Assembly (NCBI GenBank): GCA_963785725.1
Contig: CAWAWS010000024.1
Location: 1-64,000 of the forward strand
Source of the DNA: an uncultured delta proteobacterium
GTDB taxonomy: Bacteria > Myxococcota_A > Polyangia > Palsa-1104
DNA length: 64,000 nt
Direction: 5' to 3'
Shown one piece after another: positions 51,107 through 62,699 of this stretch; within the stretch, counting starts at the first letter, position 1; each line of letters opens with the position of its first letter. The notes beneath the pieces are model-generated. The model was not told the origin of the DNA. It saw only the letters and a list, made by a program, of their open reading frames with translations, and ran no database searches. The position numbers and the translations under genes were made by a program.

Positions 51107-51640
51107 TCACAGCGGGTCGCCGAGGGCGCAGCCGAACGCGGGCGCCTCGGCAGTCGGCGGCGCGCGGCCGGCCAGCGCGGCAGCGATCGCGTCGTCGAGC
51201 TCGTGCGTCGTCGGCGCCGGCCGCTCGCGCGCGAAATCGATCTGCCGGTCGTCGATACGGCCGCGATACACGCGCTCCCTTCCGCGGTAGACGATCGCCT
51301 CCGGCGTCACGGTCGCGCCCATCGCCCGCGCCAGCCGATGCCGCGGATCGCGCAACGCCGGCAATGCCAAGCCGTACGCCGCCTGATGCGCGCGCACCGC
51401 CGTCACGTCGTCGTCGGGATAGACGAGATAGAAGGCCACGCCGCGCGCGCGCCATTTATCGTATTGCCGGCGCAGCTCGGGCGCCGAGCGGTTCGACAGC
51501 GGACAGCCCGTCGCCACGAACACGAGCGCCGTAACCCCGCCGCCGGCCAATGGATCGACCGAGGTGCCCGCGAGATCTACGCCGCGCGCGCATCCGCTAA
51601 CGACAAGCAGCGAGCAAACGACCCAGCGGCGCGCGCCCAT
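51107..51640 (-). CDS. Redoxin (thioredoxin-fold) lipoprotein
   Basis: VSGC lipobox; GCPLS (CxxS), ATVTPE, YRGRIDD, C-terminal FGC. Confidence 0.8.
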   Translation of the reverse strand: MGARRWVVCSLLVVSGCARGVDLAGTSVDPLAGGGVTALVFVATGCPLSNRSAPELRRQYDKWRARGVAFYLVYPDDDVTAVRAHQAAYGLALPALRDPRHRLARAMGATVTPEAIVYRGRERVYRGRIDDRQIDFARERPAPTTHELDDAIAAALAGRAPPTAEAPAFGCALGDPL

Positions 51641-51723
51641 CCTTACAATGTAGGCGTTTCGAGTTACAAAGCGTCTTGCAATCGCATGCTTGACTATTAA
51701 ACCAGCGTGCTATGCTGCGCGCC

Positions 51724-53232
51724 ATGTCAAGTCGGATTCGTGTCGTCCTCGCTTCCCTCTTCACCGTCGGTGTAGCCACGGCGTGCCTCAACCCGCCCGT
51801 GGAATCACCGACCACCGTCGTCGTTCAGGACACGCCAGTGCGCGTGCCGCAGAACGAGCAAAACCAGATCGACGTCCTCTTCATGATCGACAATTCACCG
51901 TCGATGGACGCGATGCAGACCGAGCTGAAGGCGCGCTTCGCCGACTTCTTCCAGGTCTTCCAAGATCTGGCGACGAACGGCACCTACGCCGACTTGCACA
52001 TCGGCGTCGTGACGTCCGACTACGGCGCCGGCGACACGGCCGGCGGCGGCTGCCAGGCTTCGCCGGGCGGTCAGAACGGCCTCTTGCAGGCCAAGGGCGC
52101 CGCCGCCGACGCGAGCTGCGTGGCGCCGACGAACGCGCCCTACATTCAGTACGCGTTCCAGAAGAACGGCACGCCCATCAGCAACTTGCCGGCCGGGCAG
52201 GACCTCGTGCCGACGTTCACCTGCATGGCGTCGGTCGGCGCCGGCGGCTGCGGCTTCGAGCACCAGCTCGAGTCGGTGCTGCAGGCGCTCAAGAACACGA
52301 AAGAGAACAACGGCTTCTTGCGCACCGACGCGCTCCTCGCCGTCGTCTTCGTGACCAACGAGGATGACGGCTCGGCGCCGCCGACCGCCAAGTTCTACGA
52401 GTCGGCCGCCGACCCCAGCATGTACGGCGCGTACGACACGTATCGCCAGACCGAGTTCGCCGTTTACTGCGGCGGCGTCAAGATCCCGTACGGCATGCCG
52501 ATGTCGCTCACCGGCTGCGCCGCGGCGCCGAACCTCTCGCCGACGCCCGATCCGAACTTGGCGTTCGACATCTCGCGCTACACCAACGCGTTCACGCAGC
52601 CGATCAGCCGCGGCGGCATCAAGGCCAGCGCCGACGACGTCCTGCTCTTCGCCATCGACGGCCCGGAGACGCCGGTCTCGACGGCGCTCGTGACCAGCGG
52701 CACCGGCCTCGGCGTCGCGCCCAACCCGTCGTACGTGCCTTGCGGCGCGCTCGGCACCAACTGCGTGCAGCGCCTCAACCACGTCTGCCAGAACAACGTG
52801 TCGCCGCCGTTCTTCGCCGACCCGTCGGTGCGCATCAACGCCGTCGTCAACAGCGCCAAGTTCAAGCAGACGAGCAGCATCTGCGGCGACGACTTGAACA
52901 TGGCGCCCGACTTCACCTCGGCGCTGCAGGCGCTCGGCAAGCTCATCTCGTCGCAGATCAGCCCCGGCTGCATCCCGGCCAAGCTCGCCGACCTCAACAA
53001 CCCGGAGTGCATCGTCGAAGACGTGACCGATACGGCGATGGGCCAGACGATCACGTCGATTCCGGCGTGCGCGACGGCGGGCGCGAACGTGTTCCCGTGC
53101 TGGACGATCGCCCCCAACGCGCTCTGCAACGGCATCTCGCCGCAGGGCGTCGGTATGACGGTCGAGCGCAACGGCATGGCGGCGCCGCCCAACACGAACG
53201 CCTCGGTCGAGTGCAGCACCATCGCCCAGTAA
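51724..53232 (+). CDS. vWA-domain Cys-rich lipoprotein (myxobacterial type)
   Basis: ATAC lipobox; DVLFMIDNSPSM (DxSxS MIDAS), HIGVVTSD, GCGFEHQLES, GFLR, VTNEDD. Confidence 0.85.
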   Translation: MSSRIRVVLASLFTVGVATACLNPPVESPTTVVVQDTPVRVPQNEQNQIDVLFMIDNSPSMDAMQTELKARFADFFQVFQDLATNGTYADLHIGVVTSDYGAGDTAGGGCQASPGGQNGLLQAKGAAADASCVAPTNAPYIQYAFQKNGTPISNLPAGQDLVPTFTCMASVGAGGCGFEHQLESVLQALKNTKENNGFLRTDALLAVVFVTNEDDGSAPPTAKFYESAADPSMYGAYDTYRQTEFAVYCGGVKIPYGMPMSLTGCAAAPNLSPTPDPNLAFDISRYTNAFTQPISRGGIKASADDVLLFAIDGPETPVSTALVTSGTGLGVAPNPSYVPCGALGTNCVQRLNHVCQNNVSPPFFADPSVRINAVVNSAKFKQTSSICGDDLNMAPDFTSALQALGKLISSQISPGCIPAKLADLNNPECIVEDVTDTAMGQTITSIPACATAGANVFPCWTIAPNALCNGISPQGVGMTVERNGMAAPPNTNASVECSTIAQ

Positions 53233-53454
53233 GCGTTCCGCAGTCGCTTCGCCTCTCTTCGTAACGCCTTCACCTTCGCCACTTTCGTCATCCCCGCCGT
53301 CGCAGCCGCGACCGCTCAGCCACGTTCGCGAGCCGTGGACGGGGCGGCAATTCCACGACGCGTAGGCGGCGTCGGCGTGGAGCCGCGCCGCGATCACGGC
53401 CGGACGAGAGGTTGCGTTCGATTGATTGGCGATGGTTGGTGAGCTGGCTTCGCT

Positions 53455-54915
53455 TTACTTGACCGTCGCGAGCATGGCGGCGGCGATGGCAGCGGCGCCC
53501 CACAACGCGGAGACGACGGCGACGGCGCGCGCGCGCGGACGATGCGCCGGCATCGTCGCCAGCGTCCACACCGTGCCGGCGACGGCGAGGCCGGCGCCAG
53601 ACGTCACGAGCGCGGCCGACTGCGCGTTCGAGCCGTGGTGCCACAACGCCGCGCCCGTGACCGCGAGCGGCAGGCCGACGGCGATCGCGCTCCAGCCGGC
53701 GATCGTCAGCGCGTGCGCCGCGCCCTCGTCGGCATCAGCAGCTGCGGGCGCGGCGAGCAGCAGCGGCGCGGCGACTTTTCGCGCCGACATGACGGTGACG
53801 CCGGGCGCGGGCGGCCCGCCGTCGAGCGCGGCGGCGACGCGCGCGGCGGCCCGCGCAACCTCCGACGCCGCCGCGCTGCCGGCGGCGCCGCGCGCGCTCG
53901 ACGACGCCACCAGCCGCGCGCCGCGACCGTCGACGACATAGCCCCAAACGGCGACACCGGGACGACCATCGGCGGCGTCGGCGGCCAACACGTAGACCCG
54001 ACCGGCCGCGAGCGCGACCGCTAGCTGCCCGACCCAATGGGCCTCTTCGCTGGCGCGCGAAGCATGCGTGGCATAAGCGAGCCCGACGAAGCGATCGCTG
54101 CGCAGCGCGGCCTCGAAGTCGACGTCGATCGCCACCGGCACGTCGCCACGCGCGAGCGTCACGCGATGCAGCCGCCCGTCGCCGTGCTCACCGGCCGCGA
54201 ACAGCCGATAGTCGCCCGGGCGCATCGGCAGCGGACGCGCGCCATCGACGGCCTGGCCCTCGACGAACGCGTGCGCGCCCGGCGCCGGCGGCAGCGTCAC
54301 GACGAGCCGCGCCGTCGTCGCTTGCGCCGCGCCCAAGCGGTCGTGCAGCTGCACCAGCTCGCGCTCGTTGCGACCGGGATCGACCGGCAAATCGGGCACG
54401 TTGCGCAAGAGCTCCAGCATGCGCGCCTCGGCCAGCTGCGCCGCTTCCGGGCCGTGCGTCACTTGATAGGCGCGACTCAGCTTCAGCAGGATGTGCTGAT
54501 AGAGAGCGCGGGCGTCGCGATCGTGCGCCAAGGTCGCTTGCGCGTCGCCGAGGCGGGCACGCGCCGCTTCCAGCTCGTCGATGGACTCGCGCACGCGCGT
54601 GCCGCTGAAAAACAGGTTGCGCTCGGCTTGCCGCGCGCGCGCCGCGATCTCGGCCAGCGCGCTCGCCGACAGCTGCGCCGGCGCCGGGCCGAAGCGGGCG
54701 TCGATGGCGTCGGCGAGCGCGCGATCGGCGAGCGGCTGCCCGAGCGCGGCGACGACGTCGGGCAGATAGACGTGCACGTCCGACGTCTGCCCATCGGCGT
54801 CGGCGCCGGAATCGGGCTTGGCGACGACCGCTTCGATGACGATCGCGCGCGGCGCCGCCGCGGCCGAATGCGCCGCGCCGGTCACGACTGCGCACCAGAC
54901 GGCGACGCGCTTCAC
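53455..54915 (-). CDS. Exported hypothetical protein with PEGA-like segment and C-terminal TM segments
   Basis: Signal peptide; GAHAFVEG..PGDYRL; GTGA overlap with upstream stop. Confidence 0.7.
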   Translation of the reverse strand: MKRVAVWCAVVTGAAHSAAAAPRAIVIEAVVAKPDSGADADGQTSDVHVYLPDVVAALGQPLADRALADAIDARFGPAPAQLSASALAEIAARARQAERNLFFSGTRVRESIDELEAARARLGDAQATLAHDRDARALYQHILLKLSRAYQVTHGPEAAQLAEARMLELLRNVPDLPVDPGRNERELVQLHDRLGAAQATTARLVVTLPPAPGAHAFVEGQAVDGARPLPMRPGDYRLFAAGEHGDGRLHRVTLARGDVPVAIDVDFEAALRSDRFVGLAYATHASRASEEAHWVGQLAVALAAGRVYVLAADAADGRPGVAVWGYVVDGRGARLVASSSARGAAGSAAASEVARAAARVAAALDGGPPAPGVTVMSARKVAAPLLLAAPAAADADEGAAHALTIAGWSAIAVGLPLAVTGAALWHHGSNAQSAALVTSGAGLAVAGTVWTLATMPAHRPRARAVAVVSALWGAAAIAAAMLATVK

Positions 54916-56294
54916 GGCACCTCGTGCGCGCCGACGTCCCACTTGCCGTTCGTCGGCTGCGGTCGCGCGCGCCCGTCGTAGTCGTGATCGACCGGCGACG
55001 TCGTCAGCTGATCGATGCAGCAGGCCAGATTCGCCGTCGTGCGGCCGTTCAGGTGATAGTCGGTCGCGCTCACGAAGTCGGGGACGAGCGACGTCGAGCC
55101 CAATAGCGTGCAGGCGCCGCTGGTGTCGCTGATGGCGTTGCCTTCGACGATGGAGTTGGCGATGGTCGTCGCGCCCGAGCACAAGATGCCGCCGGCGGCG
55201 TTGCTGACGACGGTGTCGTGCATGAAGCCGGGCGCCGCGGCGGTCGCGCCCGAGCCGATGAGCACGCCCGCGCCACCGCTGCCATTGCCGACGATGAAGC
55301 AGTTGGTGATCGTGTAGGGCGCGCCGCTGATGGAGATGCCGCCGCCGGCGTTGCCGGGGCCGATCTGGTCGCGATCGAGCGTGACCGCGCAGGCGTTGGC
55401 GTTGAGGGCGACGCCGTTGATGCCGTGCAGCGCGCTGCGGCGGAGGGTGAGCGTGGGCCCGAGCGCGCCGTTGACGCAGGCGATGCCCGGCTGATTGACG
55501 CCGCTGCCGATGATCTGGAGCTCGTCGAGCAGCACCGTCGTCGTGGCGCCGCTGATGCCGACGGCGGGGTCGGTGGCGTCACCGCTGAGCGTGGCGGCGG
55601 GCTGGGTGTCGGCGCCGACGATGCGGATGTTGCCGCTGGTGATGGCGACGTGCGGATAGGCTGTCGACGAGCCGATGACGCGCACGAGCGGCTGCACGGC
55701 GAGCGCGGCCGTGACGTCGCAGGCGGGGTCGGCGAGCGTCGCGGCGTGGCTGCCGATGCAGGTGCCGTTGGCGTTGTCGGCGTAGGCGACGGTGGCGGCG
55801 GCGGCGCAGGTGCCGTCGGGGTTGCAGAGCGCGGCGGTGCATTCGGCGTGCGCGTCGCAGGTGCGGCAGACGCCGCTCGCGCCGCAGATGGGCGTGGCCG
55901 CGGCGCAGTCGCTGCTTTCGACGCCGGCGGTGGCGCATGCGGCGCACGTGCCGGTGGCGGCGAAGCAGCGCGGCGTCGCCGACGAGCGGCCGAGGCAGGC
56001 GCCGTCGTCGCCGCTGCCGGTGCAGGCGCGGCAGACGCGGTCGGCGCAGATGGGGTGGTCGTCGGGGCAGTCGCTGTTGGCGCTGCAGCCGGCGAGATCG
56101 GCCACGCCGAGGTCGGGGCTGCCGCCGTCGGCGAGCGCGGGCTGGCAGAGCTTGGCTTGCACGTCGCAGCGCGGATAGGCGGGATCGGCGCAGGGCCAGC
56201 GGGACGTGCCGTCGCAGTAGACGTTGCGCACGGGGACTTTGCGGCAGCCGACGAGCAGCGTGGCGACGGCGAGGACGAGGGCGCAGGCGCGCAT
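54912..56294 (-). CDS. Cys-rich lipoprotein with right-handed beta-helix domain
   Basis: LLVGC lipobox; Cys modules; ITNCFIVGN/IANSIVEGN beta-helix repeats; C-terminal DYHL...DYDGRARPQ...WDVGAHE. Confidence 0.8.
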   Translation of the reverse strand: MRACALVLAVATLLVGCRKVPVRNVYCDGTSRWPCADPAYPRCDVQAKLCQPALADGGSPDLGVADLAGCSANSDCPDDHPICADRVCRACTGSGDDGACLGRSSATPRCFAATGTCAACATAGVESSDCAAATPICGASGVCRTCDAHAECTAALCNPDGTCAAAATVAYADNANGTCIGSHAATLADPACDVTAALAVQPLVRVIGSSTAYPHVAITSGNIRIVGADTQPAATLSGDATDPAVGISGATTTVLLDELQIIGSGVNQPGIACVNGALGPTLTLRRSALHGINGVALNANACAVTLDRDQIGPGNAGGGISISGAPYTITNCFIVGNGSGGAGVLIGSGATAAAPGFMHDTVVSNAAGGILCSGATTIANSIVEGNAISDTSGACTLLGSTSLVPDFVSATDYHLNGRTTANLACCIDQLTTSPVDHDYDGRARPQPTNGKWDVGAHEVP

Positions 56295-57441
56295 CAGAAG
56301 CTCCCTACGAGCGCAATGGCGGTGGCCGCTGGGGCGACGGCCGCGATGGGTGGCGGCGGCGTGAAGTCGCGCGCGCCGAGCGGCGGTCGAGCGTCGGTGG
56401 ACGGGCGCGTCGGCGGCCACGGCGCGGTGACGGCCGCGCGCGACCACGGCGCGGCGACGGCGGCGCGCGACCACGGCGCGAACGCGGCGTCAGCCCGAGC
56501 GCGATCGGTCGGCGTGAACGCGAGGGCGCGCGGCGCCGGTTTGCGCGCGGTGACGAGCAGCGCGGCGGCGGCGGCCATGAAGGCCGCGACACCGACGGCG
56601 CCGAGCGCGATGCCGATCGTCGTGTCGTAGCGATAGCCGCAGCGGCCGGAGCACGCGGCGCGGTCGTCGTAGGCGCCGGCGGTGACGAGGCCGGCCAAGC
56701 TGCCGGCCGCGAGCCCGGCGGCGGTCGCGCCCAGCCCGAGCGCGAGCGTACGCCGCGACGTCGCGCCGGCGGCCGCGGCACCGAGCGTGACGGTGCGCGC
56801 GGCACCGGCGGCGCAGTCGATCTCCGCTCGCGCGCCCGCGGCCGCGACGGTATGTCGGCCGGCGGCGACGGAATGCGCGAACGGCGCCGCCCCGAGCGCG
56901 ACCGTATCGACGCTGACGGCCGCACCGGTCGGCGCCGCGACCGTCAGCGTGCACAGCGGCCGATTGCGCTCGTCGCGCAGGAGCGGCGCGGCGGCGCGGG
57001 CGAAGCTGTCCATCAACGCGTCGGCGCTGCAGCCCGGACAGGGCAGCTCGAGCGTGCCCGCGACTTGCGCCGCGTCGACGGCGAACGAGAGCAGGTGCGC
57101 CGTCCAGCCGTCATGGCGCCGCTCGATGCGCACCGTGATCAGCCGCTCGACCGACAGCCGATCGCCGAGCGTCAAGCTGCAGCGATCCTCGGCACAGCCG
57201 CGCAGCGCCGGCGTGGCGGCGAGCGCCGCGGCGACGGCGTCGTGCGGCGCCAACAGTGCATCGGTCGGCAGCGCCAGCGACAAGGCCCGCCAAGCGCGCT
57301 CTTCGACGGCCGCGCGCGCGGCTTCGTCGACGTCGCCTTCGACACGGATTTCGCCGATCGCCCAACGCCGCGGCGCTGCCAACGCCGTCGCCGACACGCC
57401 CAGCGCCAACGCCAGCGCCGCCATAACCGCCGACGCCCGCA

Positions 57442-57442
<1 letters not shown>
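56294..57442 (-). CDS. Exported PEGA-domain protein
   Basis: Signal peptide; LTVAAPTGAAVSVD..GAAP..GRHTV; hydrophobic C-terminal segments; coupled to both neighbours. Confidence 0.75.
56417..56480. repeat. 27-bp in-frame tandem repeat (about 2.4 copies)
   Basis: Encodes APWSRAAVA-APWSRAAVT-APW. Confidence 0.8.
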
Positions 57443-59247
<1,805 letters not shown>

Positions 59248-59265
59248 GGCGGCCCCGATCTTGTA

Positions 59266-59280
59266 GTGGTTTTAAATCAC
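59266..59280. promoter_or_regulatory. 7-1-7 palindrome, candidate operator
   Basis: GTGGTTT-T-AAATCAC, between a minus-strand TTGACA (59306-59311) and the kinase start. Confidence 0.55.
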
Positions 59281-59574
59281 ACTTTTATGCTGTGTCGTGG
59301 GCCGATGTCAATGACGCGTCGACGCAGCTGCGATCTCTACTGCCAACTCCTGACACTGTGCCAGTAACTCAATCCAGGCCAATCGCGTCATTGCTTGTGG
59401 CGAATTGACGCAGGCGAGATCTCGACAGGGATCAGGCCTCAGTCGCCTCGCCATGGTCGCTAATCCCACAAGATGCCGAGCTCGGGGCTGTTTACGACGG
59501 ACGATGCCTCGTCATGCAGTTGGTGTACCAATCCAGCGTAGATCGACGTGACCATGCTAGCGTCGCACGCGCGC

Positions 59575-60143
59575 ATGCATTCGATTCACAAGTTGTTCGG
59601 CCATCGCGTCCGCCAGCTGCGCGAGGAGCAGCAGCTGGGCGCAGCCGACGTGGCCGCGCTCATCGGCTGCGATGTCTCGCACTACTACTCGATCGAGCGC
59701 GGCGCGCATCCGCCAAGCTTTGCGTTGCTCCTGGCGATCGCCAAGACGTTCAAGGTCGACGAAGCCGATCTGTTCACGTGGCCGGGCAGCGGCTTGCGTC
59801 ACGATGTGCGCGAGCAGGTGCGATTGGCGACGCCGCCGGCGTTGGCGGCGCTCAAAGCCGCCCTCGCCAACGTCGGCGCAGGCATCGCTGGTGTCGCTGT
59901 CGGCGCAGGCGTTGTCATCGGCGCGGGCGCGGCGACCGGCACGAGCGTGAGCAGCGGCCGGGCGAACGCGGCGACCGGCACGAGCGTGAGCAGCGGCCGA
60001 GGAGCGCGGCGAGCCGGCGCGCGGCAGCGGGCGCGTCAACCTCGTCGTCGACGGCGGCGCGGCGAACGCCGGCCGAGCCGGCCGACGCCAACGGCCGCGA
60101 CGAGCCGCCGCCACGCGAGCCGCGCCGCCGCCCGAGACGCTAG
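59575..60143 (+). CDS. XRE-family HTH regulator, paralog 1; 3' end uncertain (frameshift near 60000 suspected; uncorrected ORF runs to 60429)
   Basis: FGHRVRQLRE, SHYYSIERG, FKVDEADLFTWPGSG. An alternative frame ends PRRRPRR*, like paralog 2 (KPPRR*). 33-bp duplication at 59928 and 59967. Confidence 0.8.
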
Positions 60144-60151
60144 CCGCGCGT

Positions 60152-60235
60152 GCGGCGTGCGGCGTGCGGCGTGCGGCGTGCGGCCGGCGGCGTGCGGCGT
60201 GCGGCGTGCGGCGTGCGGCCGGCGGCGTGCGGCCG
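60152..60235. repeat. 7-bp tandem repeat, 12 units of GCGGCGT/GCGGCCG
   Basis: Pattern (GCGGCGT)4-GCGGCCG twice, then GCGGCGT-GCGGCCG. Confidence 0.9.
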
Positions 60236-60426
60236 GCGAGCAACCCACCACCCGAGCCGCTGAACGCTCGCGGCAAGCCGGCGGCGGCGAGCGCGAGCGC
60301 GCGGTCCCACCGCAGCGCCACGGCGCGCCGCGCCTGCGCCAGGCTGCAACAGCCCGCCACCGGCGAACAGATCTCGACGTCGACCCGGCGTTCGCTGCCT
60401 GGGCCCTCGCCTCACCTATCATCGAC

Positions 60427-60441
60427 TGAGTTTTAAACTCA
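60427..60441. promoter_or_regulatory. Perfect 7-1-7 palindrome, candidate operator
   Basis: TGAGTTT-T-AAACTCA in an AT-rich tract upstream of XRE paralog 2. Confidence 0.6.
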
Positions 60442-60549
60442 CTAATTCATCATCATCTCCAACATGCTCGACTGATGTAACTGCCGAACACACTAAGGGA
60501 TACAGCCCCGGACGCGGCCCGAGGTCGCTTGTTAGCGTCGGGATCGTCG

Positions 60550-60894
60550 ATGCGACCCGTGCCCAAGCTCCTCGGAGCGCGCATCAAAGAGCTGCGCGAA
60601 GAGCGCAGCGAGCGCGCTGTCGACATCGCCGTCATGGTCGGCGTCGATCCGTCGCACTATTATGCGATCGAGCGCGGCACGGCCCGACCCAGCCTCGACG
60701 TCGTCATCGCGCTGGCGCACGCCTTCAAGGTCGACGAAGCCGACCTCTTCATTTGGCCGGGCACCGGCGCGCGCGCCGACCTGCACGAGATCGTGCGCCG
60801 CGTCCCCAACGCTAGCCTGGCGGAGCTGAAGCTGCAGCTGGAGCAGCACGTGCCCGCCAAAGCGCCCGCCAAGACCAAGCCGCCCCGTCGCTGA
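60550..60894 (+). CDS. XRE-family HTH regulator, paralog 2
   Basis: LGARIKELRE, SHYYAIERG, FKVDEADLFIWPGTG. Confidence 0.88.
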   Translation: MRPVPKLLGARIKELREERSERAVDIAVMVGVDPSHYYAIERGTARPSLDVVIALAHAFKVDEADLFIWPGTGARADLHEIVRRVPNASLAELKLQLEQHVPAKAPAKTKPPRR

Positions 60895-61552
60895 GCAGGC
60901 GCAAGTCGGGCCCGCGCTCGCGGCGCTGTCGCTCCGCCTCCGCCGCCTCCGCCCGTTCGCGCTCACGCTGCCACTCGAGCAACGAGCGCTCGGCACGCAC
61001 GCGCGCGATCGTCTCCGGCGCCGCCAACGCCGCCAGCCAGTCCTCCATGCGCCGTCGCCCACGCCGCGCCTCGCGCGCTTCGTGCAGCGCCTCGGTCGGC
61101 GATTCGCCGGCCTCGACGAACCAGCCCTGCCCAATGCGCAACAGCCGCGCCGCGCCGCGCGCTCGCCGCGCGAAATAGCGCGCCTGCTGGTCGTAGCCGC
61201 AGGCGACGAGCACCGCCACCAACGGCGCCGGCAAGATCACGCTCTCCAGGCCGCGCCGCCGTCGCCCGCGCGGAAACGGCAACACCCGCGGCGGCGCCCG
61301 CACCGCGTCCTTGCGCCGCCCGCTGACGATGCCGTCGCGTCGGCGTACGAATAGCCGCGGCCACGTATAACGCCGTCGCGTGCGCGCGTCGGCGTCGTCC
61401 TCGTGGCGCACCCGCTCGACGACGTAGATGTGCCCATCGAGCACGATCTCTTCGCCCACCGCCGGATGCCCCATCGCCGCCGTTCGCTCGACCTCCGCCA
61501 GCAGCTCGCCCTGCATGTTCTGGATGACGACGCGATATTCACCGATTCGCAT
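60812..61552 (-). CDS. Hypothetical protein; 3' end overlaps the XRE gene and is uncertain
   Basis: GGAG RBS; HPAVGEEIVLDGHIYVVERVRH beta-rich N-terminal domain; Arg-rich helical remainder. Confidence 0.6.
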   Translation of the reverse strand: MRIGEYRVVIQNMQGELLAEVERTAAMGHPAVGEEIVLDGHIYVVERVRHEDDADARTRRRYTWPRLFVRRRDGIVSGRRKDAVRAPPRVLPFPRGRRRRGLESVILPAPLVAVLVACGYDQQARYFARRARGAARLLRIGQGWFVEAGESPTEALHEAREARRGRRRMEDWLAALAAPETIARVRAERSLLEWQRERERAEAAEAERQRRERGPDLRLLSDGAAWSWRALWRARAAPAAASAPPG

Positions 61553-61688
61553 GCTCCACCTCGATCGCTCTTTTCCTTATCGGCGAGGCGTTCCAGAAGT
61601 TGCGTATGAAGCTGCGTATTTTGCCGGCGCCACGGCCGAGCTCACTCCGAATCGACGATTGCGCAGCTTTCTGTTATAGTTAGCCACC

Positions 61689-62699
61689 ATGTCTCCGCAA
61701 GGCGCAGCGCGCCTCGGCGCCAGCGCCGGTTCTATTGCCCTATCGATCGCCAAGAAGGTCGGCCCATACCTCATCGCCGCGATCGCTCTTTATTGGGTCT
61801 ACAAGCGCACCGATCCGACGAAGCTCGCCAAGGCGATCGAAGCGGCGCCGTTGGTCTCGTTCGTCGCGGTGTCGGCGCTGATGCTCGTCGTCAACTGCGC
61901 GGCCGACACCTTCGCGATGTCGGCGGTGTTCGCGCGCTTCGGCTGTCACGTTCGGTACAAAGATCTGTACCTCGTGCGCGCGTCGACGTACCTGCTCGCC
62001 ATCGTCAATTATCACGTCGGGCAAGCGGCGATCGTCGGTTACCTCTATCGCGTCAAGCGCGTGCCGCTGCTGCGAGCCAGCGGCTGGATCCTCTTCATCA
62101 TCGGCATCAACGTCGGCACGCTGCTCCTCCTGGCGTCGGCGGGCGCGACCCGCGAGACGGGACAAGAGAACCTACGCATCCTGCGCCTCGTTCCGCTCGC
62201 CACCGGCATCGGCGTCGTCTTCTACGCGGGGCTGTTGACGTTGAAGCCGCGCGTCTTGGCCGATCGCGCGCTCTTGAAGCCGCTGTTCGACATGGGAATT
62301 CCCGGCCACGTCATGGGCGTGCTCGTGCGTCTGCCGCATATCGGCGTGCTCCTCTTGTGGCACTTCATCTCGCTGCGCATGTTCGACGTGCATGTTCCGG
62401 TGGGCGCGGCGCTGCTCTACTTGCCCGTCTACTTCGCCGCGCAGTCGCTGCCGTTCAACGTCAACGGCATCGGCATCGCGCAGCCGGTGGCGCTGGCGTT
62501 CTTCACGCCGTTTACGGGGACGCCGGGCCATCCCAACCCGGAAGCGGTCATCGCCTATAGCCTCGGCACGTCGCTGATCTCGCTCATGTTGCAGATCCTG
62601 TTGGGCACGATCTGTCTGCGCTGGGCGACGGCGATCGGCATCAAGCCGCAGCCGATCGAGCCGGTCATGGACGTCGAGCAGACGGCGGAAGCCAGCTGA
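61689..62699 (+). CDS. Lysylphosphatidylglycerol synthase TM (flippase-like) membrane protein
   Basis: Multiple TM segments; LPFNVNGIGIAQ motif; TGTTATAGT extended -10-like element upstream. Confidence 0.7.
   Translation: MSPQGAARLGASAGSIALSIAKKVGPYLIAAIALYWVYKRTDPTKLAKAIEAAPLVSFVAVSALMLVVNCAADTFAMSAVFARFGCHVRYKDLYLVRASTYLLAIVNYHVGQAAIVGYLYRVKRVPLLRASGWILFIIGINVGTLLLLASAGATRETGQENLRILRLVPLATGIGVVFYAGLLTLKPRVLADRALLKPLFDMGIPGHVMGVLVRLPHIGVLLLWHFISLRMFDVHVPVGAALLYLPVYFAAQSLPFNVNGIGIAQPVALAFFTPFTGTPGHPNPEAVIAYSLGTSLISLMLQILLGTICLRWATAIGIKPQPIEPVMDVEQTAEAS

Noticed and set aside
60152..60235. Repeat arrays (here and at 15507, 57751) as possible CRISPR
   Set aside because: Contiguous short units with no unique spacers and no cas genes.
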